NCBI GenBank assembly: GCA_030602225.1
Contig: JAUWAD010000002.1
Location: 12,418-76,417, forward strand
Reading direction: 5' to 3'
Length of the DNA stretch: 64,000 nt
From: Bacillota bacterium
GTDB taxonomy: Bacteria; Bacillota; Clostridia; Tissierellales; Tissierellaceae
Shown: positions 10,775-20,708 of the stretch, one piece after another
Position numbering within the stretch: the first letter of the stretch is position 1
Layout of the letters: each line of letters begins with the position of its first letter
Notes under the pieces: generated by a model
Seen by the model: only the letters and a program-made list of their open reading frames with translations
Databases searched by the model: none
What the model was told of the DNA's origin: nothing
Position numbers and translations under genes: made by a program

Positions 10775-11359
10775 ATGCCAAATGCAGGTGCTTTTATTTC
10801 TTACATATTAATCACTACTTTTACCCCTGGTCCTAACAATCTCATGTCCATGGCAAATGCTAGCAAGTATGGAGTGAAGAAGAGTATAAACTTCAACTTG
10901 GGTGTATTTTCTGGTTTCTTTACAATACTATTTTTATCTAATGTATTTAGTTCTACGCTTTATAGAGTGATTCCAGCTATACAACCAGTCATGAGATTTA
11001 TTGGCGCATCTTATATTCTATACTTAGCATATAAGATATTCAGTAGTAAACCACACAGTCATGAAGATACCCAATCAAGGACTATAAAATTTACAACTGG
11101 ATTATTTCTTCAGTTTGTTAATATTAAAGGAATCGTCTATGCATTAACCACTGCTTCAACATTTATCACACCATACTATAATTCCACACTCATATATTTT
11201 GGGTTCGCCTTATTTCTTGCATCCATTGCTTTAGTTTCTACTGTAAGCTGGGGTGTATTTGGATCCATATTTCAGAAATTCTTAAGTGAACATCATAGGC
11301 TTGTAAGTGCTATCATGGCGCTGCTTTTAGTGTATACTGCTATCACAATAATAATATAA
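10775..11359 (+). CDS. LysE/RhtB family amino-acid exporter (EamB-like)
   Basis: TPGPNN motif, GASYILYLAYK, GLFLQFVNIKG. Confidence 0.88.
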   Translation: MPNAGAFISYILITTFTPGPNNLMSMANASKYGVKKSINFNLGVFSGFFTILFLSNVFSSTLYRVIPAIQPVMRFIGASYILYLAYKIFSSKPHSHEDTQSRTIKFTTGLFLQFVNIKGIVYALTTASTFITPYYNSTLIYFGFALFLASIALVSTVSWGVFGSIFQKFLSEHHRLVSAIMALLLVYTAITIII

Positions 11360-11388
11360 TCTCCCCTGAACAATTAAGGGAGCTTATA

Positions 11389-13224
11389 TTATTCCAATAC
11401 CTTTTTAAGGAATACACTCACTAAAGAAGGGTCAAATTGACTGCCTGCTGACTTAATCAACTCAGCCTTGGCTTCTTCAATGCTTTTTGCTTTTTTGTAT
11501 CCTCTGGGGTTTATCATATCATCATATGCTTCAGCTATGGCTAGGATCCTAGATAGTAATGGTATCTCCTCTCCACTTATTCCCAAGGGATAACCGCTTC
11601 CATCCCACCTTGCATGATGGTGCAATACAACCTTTGAAATTCCATAGAATTCTTCCATTGATTTAAGTATTCTATATCCAGTTTCTGAATGCTTTCTCAT
11701 CTCATCGTATTCCTCTAAATCCAGGGAACTATTTTTGTTTATAATCTTCTCTGGAATGGAAATCTTGCCAATGTCATGATATCTTGCTGCCATGGATAGA
11801 TCATGTAATTGTTCCTTACTTAGACCCAAGGATTTACCTAAGTTTATACTCAAATTCATAACATTAGTGGAATGTTCCCTTTCCAATGGAGACTTACTAA
11901 ATATCCTTTCCATGAAGGAATTGACAATCTCTCTATTTTTGTCATTTAAATTAGCAATCTTATCTATATACATCATATTATCAGCCTTAGATTGAATCTC
12001 AGTTATATCCTCAGTAGGTTTGTTTTTAACAGCATATCCAGCTGATAGAGATACAACCACTGATCCTAAGTCAATATTTTCTATGGAATCCTTTATCCTT
12101 TGTATTATCCTTTCAGCTTCAGATTCTCCAACTTTCGGTAGGACAATCAAGAACTCATCTCCTCCCACTCTACCTATCAATTCATCTTGCCTAAAACATC
12201 CTTTTATTGTTCTGGCAACCTCTCTAATTAGTCTATCACCAGTGGCATGACCAAAGGAGTCGTTTGTAACCTTTAGATTGTCCATATCCAGAACCATTAA
12301 AGTAATCGGTAAGTTACTTTCCTGATCAATCTTCTTCATGTTGATGTCCATAAACCTCTTATTATACAAACCAGTAAGAAAATCATGATAGCTTAGTCTT
12401 TGAATATATTTCATCTTATTCTTCTTTTCAGTCACATCCCTAGCAAAACCAACAACATACGCATTGTTCCCCTCAAGGATGGATGCTGAAATCTCAATAT
12501 CCAATAATGTTCCATTCTTCTTTCTGTGAGTGGTCTCAAATATCTTTGAATTTGTCCTAATTTCCTGAAGTAATATCCTGGAAAAGTCAGCATCCAATAA
12601 ATTTTCATCTATTTTGCTAATATGACTTCCAATTAACTCTTCTTTGGTATATCCCAAAATATTGCATGAAGCCCTATTTACATCAACAATAAACCCTTTC
12701 AGATCAACTAGGAAGAATCCATCATGGGTTGTATTAAGAACTGACTCTAAATATTTTTCCCTTTCTAGAAGCTTCGTTTCAAGTAATTTGCTTTCAGTGT
12801 AATCCCTACTAATGGATATTATGCCAACTATTTCATCATCCTTGTCTTTAAATGGGCTTTTTAGAGTATTATAAAAGACAGGTCTTCCATCAGGAAAACT
12901 TGCCCATGCTTCGTAATATTTAGGTTTGCAATTTTCTATTATATGTTTATCATCCATAATGTAATTATTGGCAGTTTCCACATCATATAACTGATAGTCA
13001 TTTTTACCGATAATTTCTTCTTTTGATAAACCATTTAGTTCAGCAAACTTCTTATTACATTCAATATAATTACCATTTAAGTCCTTAAGAAATATAACAT
13101 CCGATACTGAATCCAGAAGGGTATTGAATACATTGTCAATTCTTAAAGTTCTTTTTATGCTTTCATCCATAATTATCTCACTTCTCTCATTTGCAAATTT
13201 CAATAAATTATGTAAGTTACTCAA
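11389..13224 (-). CDS. PAS-PAS-GGDEF-HD-GYP c-di-GMP signalling protein
   Basis: Two PAS/PAC domains; HDFLTGLYN...RVGGDEF; EHS...YHDIGK...RWDGSGYP. Confidence 0.9.
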   Translation of the reverse strand: MSNLHNLLKFANERSEIIMDESIKRTLRIDNVFNTLLDSVSDVIFLKDLNGNYIECNKKFAELNGLSKEEIIGKNDYQLYDVETANNYIMDDKHIIENCKPKYYEAWASFPDGRPVFYNTLKSPFKDKDDEIVGIISISRDYTESKLLETKLLEREKYLESVLNTTHDGFFLVDLKGFIVDVNRASCNILGYTKEELIGSHISKIDENLLDADFSRILLQEIRTNSKIFETTHRKKNGTLLDIEISASILEGNNAYVVGFARDVTEKKNKMKYIQRLSYHDFLTGLYNKRFMDINMKKIDQESNLPITLMVLDMDNLKVTNDSFGHATGDRLIREVARTIKGCFRQDELIGRVGGDEFLIVLPKVGESEAERIIQRIKDSIENIDLGSVVVSLSAGYAVKNKPTEDITEIQSKADNMMYIDKIANLNDKNREIVNSFMERIFSKSPLEREHSTNVMNLSINLGKSLGLSKEQLHDLSMAARYHDIGKISIPEKIINKNSSLDLEEYDEMRKHSETGYRILKSMEEFYGISKVVLHHHARWDGSGYPLGISGEEIPLLSRILAIAEAYDDMINPRGYKKAKSIEEAKAELIKSAGSQFDPSLVSVFLKKVLE

Positions 13225-13307
13225 CCGTTCATATCTCTATGTCCTTACTAGATTTTACAAACAACAAGAAGATTATAATGTATTTTTGTAACAATTACAA
13301 TGTATAT

Positions 13308-13982
13308 CTATAATCTATGGATAGGATTATAATCTGCCCTGAAATAAATGCTGTAATCTTCAGTATTGTGTCCTAATTCCTTGAGAATTTTAACTATCAA
13401 GTCTCTAATTGTGTTTGCATCAAATTTTGTCTCAATAAATAAATTATCATCTAGTTTGAAAGGCTCAATCATTGTTTCAGTAACTTTAGAGAAATAATCT
13501 CTCACATCCCCATTCATATATGTTTTATTTATGAATGAAACAAACTTTTCCTGATGTTTAGAGTAAAGAAACTGACATGTTCTAATATAGAGTTTTTTCC
13601 ATGAATGGGCTTCAATAAAATCCTCATCCTTAAATGTGAATCCAAAAGGTCTTATATGCCTCATGTTTTCATTTAATGTATGAGGTTTGGTTCTATCAAC
13701 TACAAAATCCTTATATGATGGTCTTCTAATCTCCTGATTAAGCTTTATTGGAATTCCATCCAGTAGGTGCAACTGTCCAAATCCTAGATCCAGCCTATCC
13801 ACAAGAATTTCAAGATTATGATAAATACCTTCAATTTGTCTTAGAAGTTCCTCCTCATTTGGAATGCTCTCCATGGACAATTCGATTTCATTCAAAAGAT
13901 CCACCAGGATCTCCCTTATTCTTATGGAGGATTCTGGCAGATTCTTTTTAAGCTCTTCAATTGTGTTTATTAGTTCTTTCAT
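13308..13982 (-). CDS. Conserved hypothetical protein (C-terminus weakly SeqA-C-like)
   Basis: Full-length ORF 11 bp downstream of the Eis gene; YFS...EPFKLDDNLFIETKFDANTIRDLIVKIL pattern. Confidence 0.55.
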   Translation of the reverse strand: MKELINTIEELKKNLPESSIRIREILVDLLNEIELSMESIPNEEELLRQIEGIYHNLEILVDRLDLGFGQLHLLDGIPIKLNQEIRRPSYKDFVVDRTKPHTLNENMRHIRPFGFTFKDEDFIEAHSWKKLYIRTCQFLYSKHQEKFVSFINKTYMNGDVRDYFSKVTETMIEPFKLDDNLFIETKFDANTIRDLIVKILKELGHNTEDYSIYFRADYNPIHRL

Positions 13983-13993
13983 CTTATCACCAA

Positions 13994-15166
13994 CTAGAAT
14001 ATACTGTTACACATAACCTTATCAACAAACAAATCTATCCTTACATTTGGCTTTTCTATAAGGCCCTTTTCAATTATTTCATCAATTTCAATGCTCCCAA
14101 ATAACACACTGGATAATAGGGATTTGTCAATTACAACTTTTTCTCCACCACCGTTAATTTGGTAGACTTCTGTCTGCTGTTTATGTGATCTTAACTCCAA
14201 ATCAAAAGCATCCACACAAACCATTTCTAGTACCTTTTTTGGATCTAGAACCTGAACCATCAGACCCAGTCCCACTTCTGCAACCTTATGGCTTATGGGA
14301 AGGAGTAGCTTTGCTCCCTTTCCATAGCTAATATCATCCAGGAATATATTAAACTTGGAATCAAATGAGTACATATCAACCCTTTCAAATTGATCTGACT
14401 GACTTCTAATGAAACTCAATAGACCATGTAGTGCTTCTGAGTCCTTATAAACAAACTCGTTGATCTTCATCTTTTGACTCAATAGTCTATCCTTATCAAT
14501 GTTTGAGGCTTCATAAATCAAGTATCCCTTAATTACATCATCCTTTTGATAGACAACTCCGTTTAAAACCTCAGGTGTGAGGATTCTTCTCTTATCCATA
14601 GTAGATTTAAATACAGATCCTGCTTTTTCTATGCAATAATCATTGTGAAACTTTAGTAACTTTTCTCTATCCTCATCCTCTATCCACTTAATATTCGTTA
14701 GAGTTGAATTTATTATTATTTCTTTAGGGTGAAAACTGTAGTGATATTGGGGAAGAGTAAAACCATAATTGAAGTTATTGTAGAACTTATGGTTAAATGG
14801 ATATAGTATGCTAAACAAATGATTTTTATCTCTACTCCATTTTAATCCATACTGAATAAGACTTCTTGCTATTCCTTGCTTCTTATAGGTTGGATGAACT
14901 GCTATGGCACTAATCCCACCTATTGTAAGAATTTCACTGGAATAGTTCATTTTAAACTCTATTAGCATCATGTTTCCCACAAGATAACCATCTCTAAAAA
15001 ATCCAATAGGTGTCAAGTCCTCAGAACTTTCGAATACCTCTTTTTGTCTTTGACTCATTCTTTCCAGCTCATCCTTGCTCCCTTTATAGAATGTGGGATA
15101 GGCTAGCTGATTATTTCTTGTATACTGATATATTTCATTCATGGTCAAGACACGTATTTCATCCAT
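13994..15166 (-). CDS. Eis-family (GNAT tandem) acetyltransferase
   Basis: GGISAIAVHPTYKKQGIARSL, LYPFNHKFY..F.YG, second GNAT domain, shortened C-terminal domain. Confidence 0.88.
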   Translation of the reverse strand: MDEIRVLTMNEIYQYTRNNQLAYPTFYKGSKDELERMSQRQKEVFESSEDLTPIGFFRDGYLVGNMMLIEFKMNYSSEILTIGGISAIAVHPTYKKQGIARSLIQYGLKWSRDKNHLFSILYPFNHKFYNNFNYGFTLPQYHYSFHPKEIIINSTLTNIKWIEDEDREKLLKFHNDYCIEKAGSVFKSTMDKRRILTPEVLNGVVYQKDDVIKGYLIYEASNIDKDRLLSQKMKINEFVYKDSEALHGLLSFIRSQSDQFERVDMYSFDSKFNIFLDDISYGKGAKLLLPISHKVAEVGLGLMVQVLDPKKVLEMVCVDAFDLELRSHKQQTEVYQINGGGEKVVIDKSLLSSVLFGSIEIDEIIEKGLIEKPNVRIDLFVDKVMCNSIF

Positions 15167-15230
15167 TGGTCTTCCTCCTATCAGAAATTATACTACATAA
15201 ACCTACTTGCCGTTTATTTATACCCATATT

Positions 15231-16202
15231 TTACTTTTCAATGCTATTATATAACCAGCATCTGACAAAATGATTATCTTGTATTTCCAGTAGAGGTGGT
15301 ATCTTTTCATTACATAAATCCATACGTCTGTTACATCTATCATAAAAACGACAACCACTTCCATACTCAGTAGGATGTGGTACATATCCTTCTATTGAAT
15401 TTAACCTATCCTTCTTCTTGTCAATTCTTGGGATGCAATCCATTAAATTAATGGTATATGGATTGAGTGGATTGTTGAAGATATTCCCAATACTGGATTC
15501 TTCCATGACTTTTCCACAATACATAACAATTACCCTATCGGCCATCTGGGCCACAACCCCTAAATCATGGGTGTTGAGGATAATGGACATATTGTTTTTT
15601 TTCTTAAGATCTCTGATTAGCTCTAAAATTTCTGATTGTATTGTAACATCTAAGGCTGTAGTTGGTTCATCAGCTATCAGAATCTTTGGATTGCATGATA
15701 TAGCCATGGCTATCATCAATCTTTGTCTCATTCCGCCACTAAACTGACTTGGATAATTTGAGAATCTCTTCTCTGCATCAGATATTCCCACTGCCTTAAT
15801 AAGTTCAATTGCCATGCTCTTAGATGTCTTCTTACTTGCCTTACCATGTACCAGTAATGCTTCTTCCAATTGGATTCCCACCTTATTAAATGGATTAAGT
15901 GTCATCATTGGATCCTGGTAGATCATGGAGATCATATTTCCCCGTATGTTCTTTAACTCTTTTTCTTTTAACTTTAATAAATCATTGCCTTCAAATAATA
16001 TCTCACCATGAATGATCTTACCTGGTTCATCCACCAAACCCATAATGGAGAGTGCAGTAACGCTCTTGCCACTGCCTGATTCCCCGATAATGGCCAGAGT
16101 TTCTCCTTCCTTTAAATAGAAGGATATTCCATCAACCGCAGGATATAAGGCATTATTAATATTAAAATATGTTTTTAAATTTCTAACTTCCAAAACATTC
16201 AT
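15231..16202 (-). CDS. oppD: Oligopeptide/dipeptide ABC ATPase (OppD/DppD-like)
   Basis: GESGSGKSVT, FSGGMRQR, DEPTTALDVT, C-terminal GCRFYDRC...C. Confidence 0.9.
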   Translation of the reverse strand: MNVLEVRNLKTYFNINNALYPAVDGISFYLKEGETLAIIGESGSGKSVTALSIMGLVDEPGKIIHGEILFEGNDLLKLKEKELKNIRGNMISMIYQDPMMTLNPFNKVGIQLEEALLVHGKASKKTSKSMAIELIKAVGISDAEKRFSNYPSQFSGGMRQRLMIAMAISCNPKILIADEPTTALDVTIQSEILELIRDLKKKNNMSIILNTHDLGVVAQMADRVIVMYCGKVMEESSIGNIFNNPLNPYTINLMDCIPRIDKKKDRLNSIEGYVPHPTEYGSGCRFYDRCNRRMDLCNEKIPPLLEIQDNHFVRCWLYNSIEK

Positions 16203-16212
16203 TTAATTCCTC

Positions 16213-17163
16213 CTAACCTGCTTCCTTAATTTGAATAACTGTATCCTTTAATATTTTAATCAATACTAATATTAGGTAGTATATTATTGAAAGTGCAACA
16301 ATAAACAAGGTAAACCCTATCCCCGCTTCATAGGGTTCTATTAATTGCGTGGTGTAGAAATATAATAGGTAGAAGCCAACTCCTCTAAAACTAAATAATC
16401 TCTCTATTATGATCAAACTTGAAAACATGATTCCCATGATGGTTGTGAAGCCAGATAGAATATTAAAAAAAATGCTCTTTAATAAATGGTTCTTGATTAT
16501 CTGTAGTCTTGATAGACCTTTTCCTCTTGCAGCTAGTATATATGGTTTTCCATATCCCTCTTCTATGGTAGAAGCCGTTATTCTGGAAATATAAGCACTG
16601 GGTAGAATTGAAATTGCTACTATTGGATATATACTATGAAGTATTGTTTCATCTCCAATATATGGTAAAGGGTTTATTCCAAATACTCTAATGGAGTTTG
16701 TAAACAAATACATTGCGAAAAATTGTAGTAGTCCTATGGTAAAAACATCAGGTAAAGATAAAGGTATTAGTGACTGTAATAGTTTTAATGTACCGGATGT
16801 GTTCTTCTTTCTGCTATCAATTATCCCTTTTGGAATTCCAACCAACAATGCTAGTACTGTGCCTAAGAATAAAATCAAGGATGACTTCTTGCCAGTTCTA
16901 ATTAACAACTCCAGTGTTGTTTCACCCTGAATTACTGTGGAGAAGGCTTCCCCAGTAAATATAATTTTAAAATTATTAATAATGCTATCATTGATTGCAC
17001 TAAGTGGCATATTTAGAGTAGTTACACCATTAAAGCTTGATATGTTGAAATTTTGGGGTATGCCGGTTATGGCAATTACCAATATAAGTATAAATATGAG
17101 CATGGCAGTATGGGGTATTATTATTCTTAATAATCCTTTGGTTACTTCATTATGTTTATCCAT
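16213..17163 (-). CDS. Oligopeptide ABC permease (OppB-like, divergent)
   Basis: LALLVGIPKG; EAA-loop YILAARGKGLS; IIERLFSFRGVG. Confidence 0.82.
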   Translation of the reverse strand: MDKHNEVTKGLLRIIIPHTAMLIFILILVIAITGIPQNFNISSFNGVTTLNMPLSAINDSIINNFKIIFTGEAFSTVIQGETTLELLIRTGKKSSLILFLGTVLALLVGIPKGIIDSRKKNTSGTLKLLQSLIPLSLPDVFTIGLLQFFAMYLFTNSIRVFGINPLPYIGDETILHSIYPIVAISILPSAYISRITASTIEEGYGKPYILAARGKGLSRLQIIKNHLLKSIFFNILSGFTTIMGIMFSSLIIIERLFSFRGVGFYLLYFYTTQLIEPYEAGIGFTLFIVALSIIYYLILVLIKILKDTVIQIKEAG

Positions 17164-17165
17164 AT

Positions 17166-18140
17166 CTACACCTCCCCATTATAAAGATGACAGCTTATTC
17201 TTCTATAATCACTCAATTGAATCTCCTGAGGATCTATTCTCTCGCAAATATCCATCTTAAAGTCACATCTATCATGAAAAGAACAACCCGTTGGAACATT
17301 AAATCCTCCGGGGATCTCTCCCTTTAACCTAATTCTTCTATCCTTAACTCCCAATTCAGGAACTGGTGAAGCAGACATAAGTGCTTGGGTATATGGGTGC
17401 TTGGGTGAATCAAAGATTCTATCAGCAGAGCCCTTTTCAACGATTTTACCTAGATACATAACAGCTACTTCATCACTGACATGTCTTACTACACTTAGGT
17501 CATGGGCAATAAATAAGTAGGATAAATCCAATTCTTTCTGTAAATCCTTAACTAGATTAAGTATTTGGGATTGAACGGATACATCTAATGCTGAAACAGG
17601 TTCATCCATTACAACAAATCTGGGTTTTGTTGACAGTGCCCTTGCTATGCCAATTCTTTGTCTTTGTCCTCCACTGAACTCATGGGGAAATTTTGTTGAA
17701 TCCTTTTTTGATAGACCTACCATTTCCAGCAACTTATAAACCTCATTTCTATAATCCAGTGGATGTACTATTTTATGAAGTTGTATAGGTTGAATTAGAA
17801 TATCCTCTATTGTCATTTTACTATCCAAGGCGGAATAAGGGTTTTGAAATACGATTTGTAAATCTTTCCTCAACTTTCTAAAATCCCTATTGCCGATGGA
17901 GCTAATATCCTTTCCTTCCAATAGAATTCTACCTGATGTGGGTTCCAATAACCTAAGGATAAGTCTACCAGTGGTTGACTTTCCACTTCCTGATTCTCCT
18001 ACCAAACCCAGAGTCGCACCTCTGTTTATCTTAAGGTTAACTCCATTTACAGCTTTTATACTACCTTGGGTTATCTTTAATACAGGTGATATTATATTAA
18101 ATTCCTTTTTCAAATCAATGACTTCTATCATTTTGTCCAC
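17166..18140 (-). CDS. oppF: Oligopeptide/dipeptide ABC ATPase (OppF/DppF-like)
   Basis: GESGSGKSTT, FSGGQRQR, DEPVSALDVS, HPYTQAL, GCSFHDRC; ATG at 18131 is an alternative start. Confidence 0.9.
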   Translation of the reverse strand: MDKMIEVIDLKKEFNIISPVLKITQGSIKAVNGVNLKINRGATLGLVGESGSGKSTTGRLILRLLEPTSGRILLEGKDISSIGNRDFRKLRKDLQIVFQNPYSALDSKMTIEDILIQPIQLHKIVHPLDYRNEVYKLLEMVGLSKKDSTKFPHEFSGGQRQRIGIARALSTKPRFVVMDEPVSALDVSVQSQILNLVKDLQKELDLSYLFIAHDLSVVRHVSDEVAVMYLGKIVEKGSADRIFDSPKHPYTQALMSASPVPELGVKDRRIRLKGEIPGGFNVPTGCSFHDRCDFKMDICERIDPQEIQLSDYRRISCHLYNGEV

Positions 18141-18143
18141 CCC

Positions 18144-20564
18144 CTAGTCCATAATATAGGAGTTCATAGTCATAGTATCAACAATAATCTGACCTATTTC
18201 CTTCATTCTCTTGTAATTGATCCTATCAAGCCTATCCATTGATGAATTAATCCATTCTGTTGATGGATTTCCAAATTCAGTGCTTGTTAGTGCATTTAGC
18301 CTCATATGTCTCATTGCTCTACTTGTGGCAAAATTATAGTGAAAGCGTCTATACCTGATATCCAGTTGCCTCATTCTCTTTTCAACATCAAGACTCATCA
18401 GATAGGTATTCTTATCTGCCCTTTGGGCTGGCAATGTTATAAGATTAAGATATTTATCCTGAATAAATCCTGGATAGCTGATGTCAAAATAATAATATCC
18501 ATCATTCATTGCGTGTTTGATTGTTATTTTTTCTGTAAGGTTATAATGATAGGAACCCTCTGTAGCACCGTATTTTATGTTGTCATAATCATTATCCCAG
18601 AATATATACTGAATTGTCTTTTCAAGTGGTTCATCTAATTTTGATAGAACATTTGCCACTTCCAATAAAATGGATGCAGGTGTTCCACTCATATAGTATC
18701 TATTATCACCATGCTGGTATCCTCCATCAAAATGAGCCCCGATAATTAATATCTCTCCTGGGTCAGAACTATCTCTACCCATTCCGTATTGAGTTGCTAT
18801 TATATTTCTTCCGTTATGATAAGGTAAAGTTGGATAATCAAATATCAACTCCAACTGAAGATTCTCATTTCTAAACCTATCAGTAAGATCACCAAAAGGT
18901 ATTATGGTAGTTGAATTAAAAATATGGGCATTCCCATTTCTATTAAATCCATTCATTAGAAACACCTTCAGATCGTACTCCCTATGGTCTCTACCCTGGT
19001 TGAAGGTTACTCTGGTTGCATTTCTGAATTGGTGTTCCTGGAAACCGGATATGCCTTCCTCTACATAAATGAACTTCTCTGATTCAAGTGTATTGGCTAT
19101 GTTGAATGTGGTTGCTGATAAACCTCCATACTGAACTCTATCAACCTTTTCACTATTGAAAATATCCATATCCACAGAGCTTATGGTAAAGTCCTTATGA
19201 AGGTGGTAAATGGTTTTGCTTCCATCTGATTCATAAATTGTAAGTTCACCATTTTCAACTATTACCGGAGTTAGAACATTAGGTAATCTGGCATCTTCAT
19301 TTATGAATGGAATTTCCATCTCCCATACTTCCAATCCATAGGAATTCAACTGCTCAACTATATATTGACTTGCCAGATACCCCCCTTGACTACCAGGAGT
19401 TCTGCCCATAAACTCCTCCTTGGTTAACTCATGCAAGTGATCAATGGCATTTTCAAGATTAAAATCGTATTTGCTTGGATGTAAGGGGATTATAAGATAT
19501 CCAATGATCAAGGCAATTACAAGTAATTTAATCACAACACTCCTATAATAGGTCTTAAAGTTTATGATTTGAGATATGAATGCTCTTGGTGAAACCAAGT
19601 AATACATTCTTCTGATAAAACTTATAACCCTGGAGTCTCTTTTTAAGTATTCAATTCTTAAACCTTCCCCTAGTAGGTTCAATCCAATTATTGCTATGGT
19701 AAATGCCAAAATGGGGTAGATGGTCATCCAATATGTACTATTGAATTTCCCTATATTAACAGCAATTCTAGATAATGACCCTCCCCATTCAGGTTCGAGT
19801 ATCATTTCATAATTGGCTCTAAAAGCCAATGCTTTAATTTGCCTTGTCACCCCTACAAAAACGTATAATACAGAAAGTTGAGCGACTAGAAACAGCCCCA
19901 TCCCCATTTCCTTGAAAAATAGGCTAACACTTGTTGGGATTAAATGGGGAAGTACATTCTGATATGCTATTTGGAATTTATTCTTTCCAATTGCTATTTC
20001 TCCTTCTATGAAATCTTCATCCATAACTAATCTTGTGGAATCTTCAATCATTCCTGCAAGTTTAGCCCATCCCACAATAGTTAGTATTATTGCAAAGGCC
20101 ATCAGAGATTTGTCCATCTGCAAGCTTCTAAAATATCCAATGTTCAGAACTATGAAACTAAATAATAGCATTGGAAAAGCTGTAAATAATGTATTAAAAA
20201 CCTTAATTATTCCAGATATTAATTTTACTCCCATTCCTGCAGCCAATCCTAAAGGTAGTGCTAGGAGCATTCTAAATAAAGCTATATAAAGACCAAGTTT
20301 CATAGTGTTTTTCGCACCATAAACCAGCCTGGCATATACATCTCTACCAGCATCGTCTGTACCCATTATATTATCCTCGTTTGGAGGCATGGGATTTGTT
20401 CTAAACTTATATGTAACCTCTCCATCAACTAACTGCTCAATATATTTTGGCGATTCCTCAAACAAAGGGTCATTCTTTGTAAACAAGCCTGGGTAAAAAA
20501 CCATAGCTAAAAGCACAAATAAAATAACTCCTCCGATAAAAAGGGGGAAATTAAAACGTTTCAA
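18144..20564 (-). CDS. OppC-like ABC permease fused to extracellular M28 peptidase-fold domain (probably catalytically dead)
   Basis: TTG start at 20564 after RBS AGGAGGTG (the track's 20603 start is too long). N-half: MGTDDAGRDVYARLVYG...EPEWG..L...NLLGEGLR (OppC). C-half: GRTPGS.GG..A..YI, NIIA...IIGAHFD, ILLEVA..L. Confidence 0.85.
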   Translation of the reverse strand: MKRFNFPLFIGGVILFVLLAMVFYPGLFTKNDPLFEESPKYIEQLVDGEVTYKFRTNPMPPNEDNIMGTDDAGRDVYARLVYGAKNTMKLGLYIALFRMLLALPLGLAAGMGVKLISGIIKVFNTLFTAFPMLLFSFIVLNIGYFRSLQMDKSLMAFAIILTIVGWAKLAGMIEDSTRLVMDEDFIEGEIAIGKNKFQIAYQNVLPHLIPTSVSLFFKEMGMGLFLVAQLSVLYVFVGVTRQIKALAFRANYEMILEPEWGGSLSRIAVNIGKFNSTYWMTIYPILAFTIAIIGLNLLGEGLRIEYLKRDSRVISFIRRMYYLVSPRAFISQIINFKTYYRSVVIKLLVIALIIGYLIIPLHPSKYDFNLENAIDHLHELTKEEFMGRTPGSQGGYLASQYIVEQLNSYGLEVWEMEIPFINEDARLPNVLTPVIVENGELTIYESDGSKTIYHLHKDFTISSVDMDIFNSEKVDRVQYGGLSATTFNIANTLESEKFIYVEEGISGFQEHQFRNATRVTFNQGRDHREYDLKVFLMNGFNRNGNAHIFNSTTIIPFGDLTDRFRNENLQLELIFDYPTLPYHNGRNIIATQYGMGRDSSDPGEILIIGAHFDGGYQHGDNRYYMSGTPASILLEVANVLSKLDEPLEKTIQYIFWDNDYDNIKYGATEGSYHYNLTEKITIKHAMNDGYYYFDISYPGFIQDKYLNLITLPAQRADKNTYLMSLDVEKRMRQLDIRYRRFHYNFATSRAMRHMRLNALTSTEFGNPSTEWINSSMDRLDRINYKRMKEIGQIIVDTMTMNSYIMD

Positions 20565-20639
20565 ATGCTTACACCTCCTGTCATTCACCTTAAATTCTAA
20601 CACAAAATAGAAATAATTTGTCTAATTTTTATGAATTTA

Positions 20640-20690
20640 CAAAAAAAATAACAACCCCTGGAAGGAGAATTTAACCTTACCAGGGGTTGT
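20640..20690 (-). terminator. Intrinsic terminator separating the ADP-ribosylglycohydrolase gene from the ABC operon
   Basis: ACAACCCCTGG...CCAGGGGTTGT stem followed by TATTTTTTTT on the minus strand. Confidence 0.8.
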
Positions 20691-20708
20691 ATATGAGAGG
20701 TATTGTTG

